DNA from: a virus
Taxonomy: Duplodnaviria > Heunggongvirae > Uroviricota > Caudoviricetes
Direction: 5' to 3' (one strand)
IMG/VR virus record: IMGVR_UViG_2693429554_000019
Length of the DNA: 25,801 bases
The position numbers and the translations under genes are program-made. This document shows, one piece after another, positions 24,366-25,801 of the stretch. Under the pieces are notes generated by a model that did no database searches, was not told the DNA's origin, and was given only the letters and a program-made list of their open reading frames with translations. Each line of letters opens with the position of its first letter. Position 1 is the stretch's first letter.

Positions 24366-25801
24366 GCACAAAATTTTATACCCTGCTGACGGATATTGGC
24401 GCGGCGAAACTTGCCAGCGCCGCCGCGCTCGGTGTGCCGTTAAAAATTACCCATATGGCGGTAGGCGATGGCGGCGGAACATTACCAACGCCGGACGCAA
24501 AGCAGACTGCACTGGTAAATGAGAAACGCCGGGCTGCGCTGAATATGCTCTATATCGACCCGCAAAACAGCAGCCAGATTATTGCTGAACAGGTGATCCC
24601 TGAAAACGAGGGCGGTTGGTGGATACGTGAAGTGGGCCTGTTTGATGAATCCGGGGCATTGATTGCCGTGGGCAACTGCCCGGAAAGCTATAAGCCGCAA
24701 CTGGCTGAAGGCAGCGGGCGCACCCAGACCGTGCGCATGGTGCTGATTACCAGCAGCACGGACAATATCACCCTGAAAATCGACCCTGCCGTCGTGCTGG
24801 CAACCCGCAAGTATGTGGATGATAAGGTACTGGAGCTGAAGGTGTACGTGGATGATCAGATGGCAAAACATCTTGCAGCACCGGACCCGCATTCACAGTA
24901 TGCACCCAAAGAAAGTCCTATGTTTACCGGGACACCCAAAGCGCCAACGCCAGCGGCGGGGAATAACACCACGCAGGTTGCGACCACCGCGTTTGTTCAG
25001 GTGGCACTGACGGCTCTTATTAATGGTGCGCCAGCCACGCTGGACACGCTGAAAGAAATTGCCGCAGCCATAAACAATGACCCGAAATTCAGTACCACCA
25101 TTAACAATGCGCTGGCACTGAAAGCGCCGCTGTTAAGTCCGGCACTCACCGGAACGCCAACAGCCCCCACTGCCGCACAGTCGGTTAACAATACACAGAT
25201 TGCCACCACGGCTTTTGTGAAATCGGCAATTGCGGCAATGGTGGGGTCTGCACCTGCTGCACTGGATACACTGAACGAACTGGCTGCGGCGCTGGGGAAT
25301 GACCCGAACTTTGCCACGACAATGCTTAATGCGCTGGCAGGTAAACAACCGCTGGACAATACGCTGACTAATTTGAGTGGAAAGGATGTAGCTGGTCTTC
25401 TCGCATACCTTGGTTTGGGAGAGGGCTCTGCATTACCGGTTGGGGTGCCTGTTCCGTGGCCTTCAGCCACTCCGCCAACAGGCTGGCTGAAATGCAACGG
25501 TGCCGCTTTTTCTGCTGAAGAATACCCGGAACTGGCAAAGGCTTATCCGACAAATAAATTGCCTGATTTACGCGGTGAGTTTATTAGGGGCTGGGATGAC
25601 GGGCGTGGTATTGATGCTGTACGTGCCTTGCTAAGTCTTCAGAATGGAGGAGTGGAATCACACACCCACCAAGGGCAGCTCTTCAGAGTCAGTGATTATC
25701 GTACAAAAGAAATACCAGCATCAGAAGTTATGGGAAGAGGATATATTGCAAGCCTGACGCCGGGTGCTGATAGCCCACTTGATTTTGATGATTATTCTGT
25801 A
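24362..25801 (+). CDS. H: Tail fibre protein H, 5' partial (runs off the window end)
   Basis: Hand-translated from ATG 24362: open for all 480 codons to base 25801 (missing from the track because no stop is reached). N-terminus MSTKFYTLLTDIGAAKLASAAALGVPLKITHMAVGDGGG parallels P2 gpH. Two tandem ~55-aa repeats and a tail-collar-like segment (WLKCNGAAFSAEEYPELAKAYP...LPDLRGEFIRGWDDGRG). Confidence 0.85.
   Translation, partial: MSTKFYTLLTDIGAAKLASAAALGVPLKITHMAVGDGGGTLPTPDAKQTALVNEKRRAALNMLYIDPQNSSQIIAEQVIPENEGGWWIREVGLFDESGALIAVGNCPESYKPQLAEGSGRTQTVRMVLITSSTDNITLKIDPAVVLATRKYVDDKVLELKVYVDDQMAKHLAAPDPHSQYAPKESPMFTGTPKAPTPAAGNNTTQVATTAFVQVALTALINGAPATLDTLKEIAAAINNDPKFSTTINNALALKAPLLSPALTGTPTAPTAAQSVNNTQIATTAFVKSAIAAMVGSAPAALDTLNELAAALGNDPNFATTMLNALAGKQPLDNTLTNLSGKDVAGLLAYLGLGEGSALPVGVPVPWPSATPPTGWLKCNGAAFSAEEYPELAKAYPTNKLPDLRGEFIRGWDDGRGIDAVRALLSLQNGGVESHTHQGQLFRVSDYRTKEIPASEVMGRGYIASLTPGADSPLDFDDYSV

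Noticed and set aside
1-25801. CRISPR arrays, tRNA/tmRNA genes, a reverse transcriptase/retron and attachment-site repeats
   Set aside because: I saw no evenly spaced direct repeats, cloverleaf-like segments or RT motifs. The attachment site should lie just outside the 5' end of the window, beyond the integrase stop.

Overview
Nearly the whole window is a P2/186-family temperate phage genome in prophage orientation. It runs from the integrase (stop codon at bases 1-3, so the attachment site lies just outside the window) to the first 1440 nt of tail-fibre gene H, which runs off the 3' end. Order: int (-), small secreted-peptide ORF (-), CI-like repressor (-) | Apl/Cox-like excisionase, 186-type CII, several small early ORFs, TraR/DksA-type zinc finger, orphan Dam-class adenine methyltransferase, rolling-circle initiator A (all +) | LexA-box-controlled Tum/DinI-like pair | IS110-family insertion | three low-GC genes of unknown function | cos | small ORF plus terminator | late genes Q and P (-), then O N M L X, holin, SAR endolysin, LysA, LysB/LysC spanins, R S V W J I H (+). 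The best candidate for an undescribed system is the low-GC block at 9.8-12.2 kb: it sits between the replication module and cos, where P2 carries old/tin, and holds one gene with a HEPN-like Rx4H motif and a two-gene minus-strand unit with no motif I can recognise. All calls are from reading the sequence and the ORF track; no database search was run, so family assignments rest on remembered motifs and gene order.
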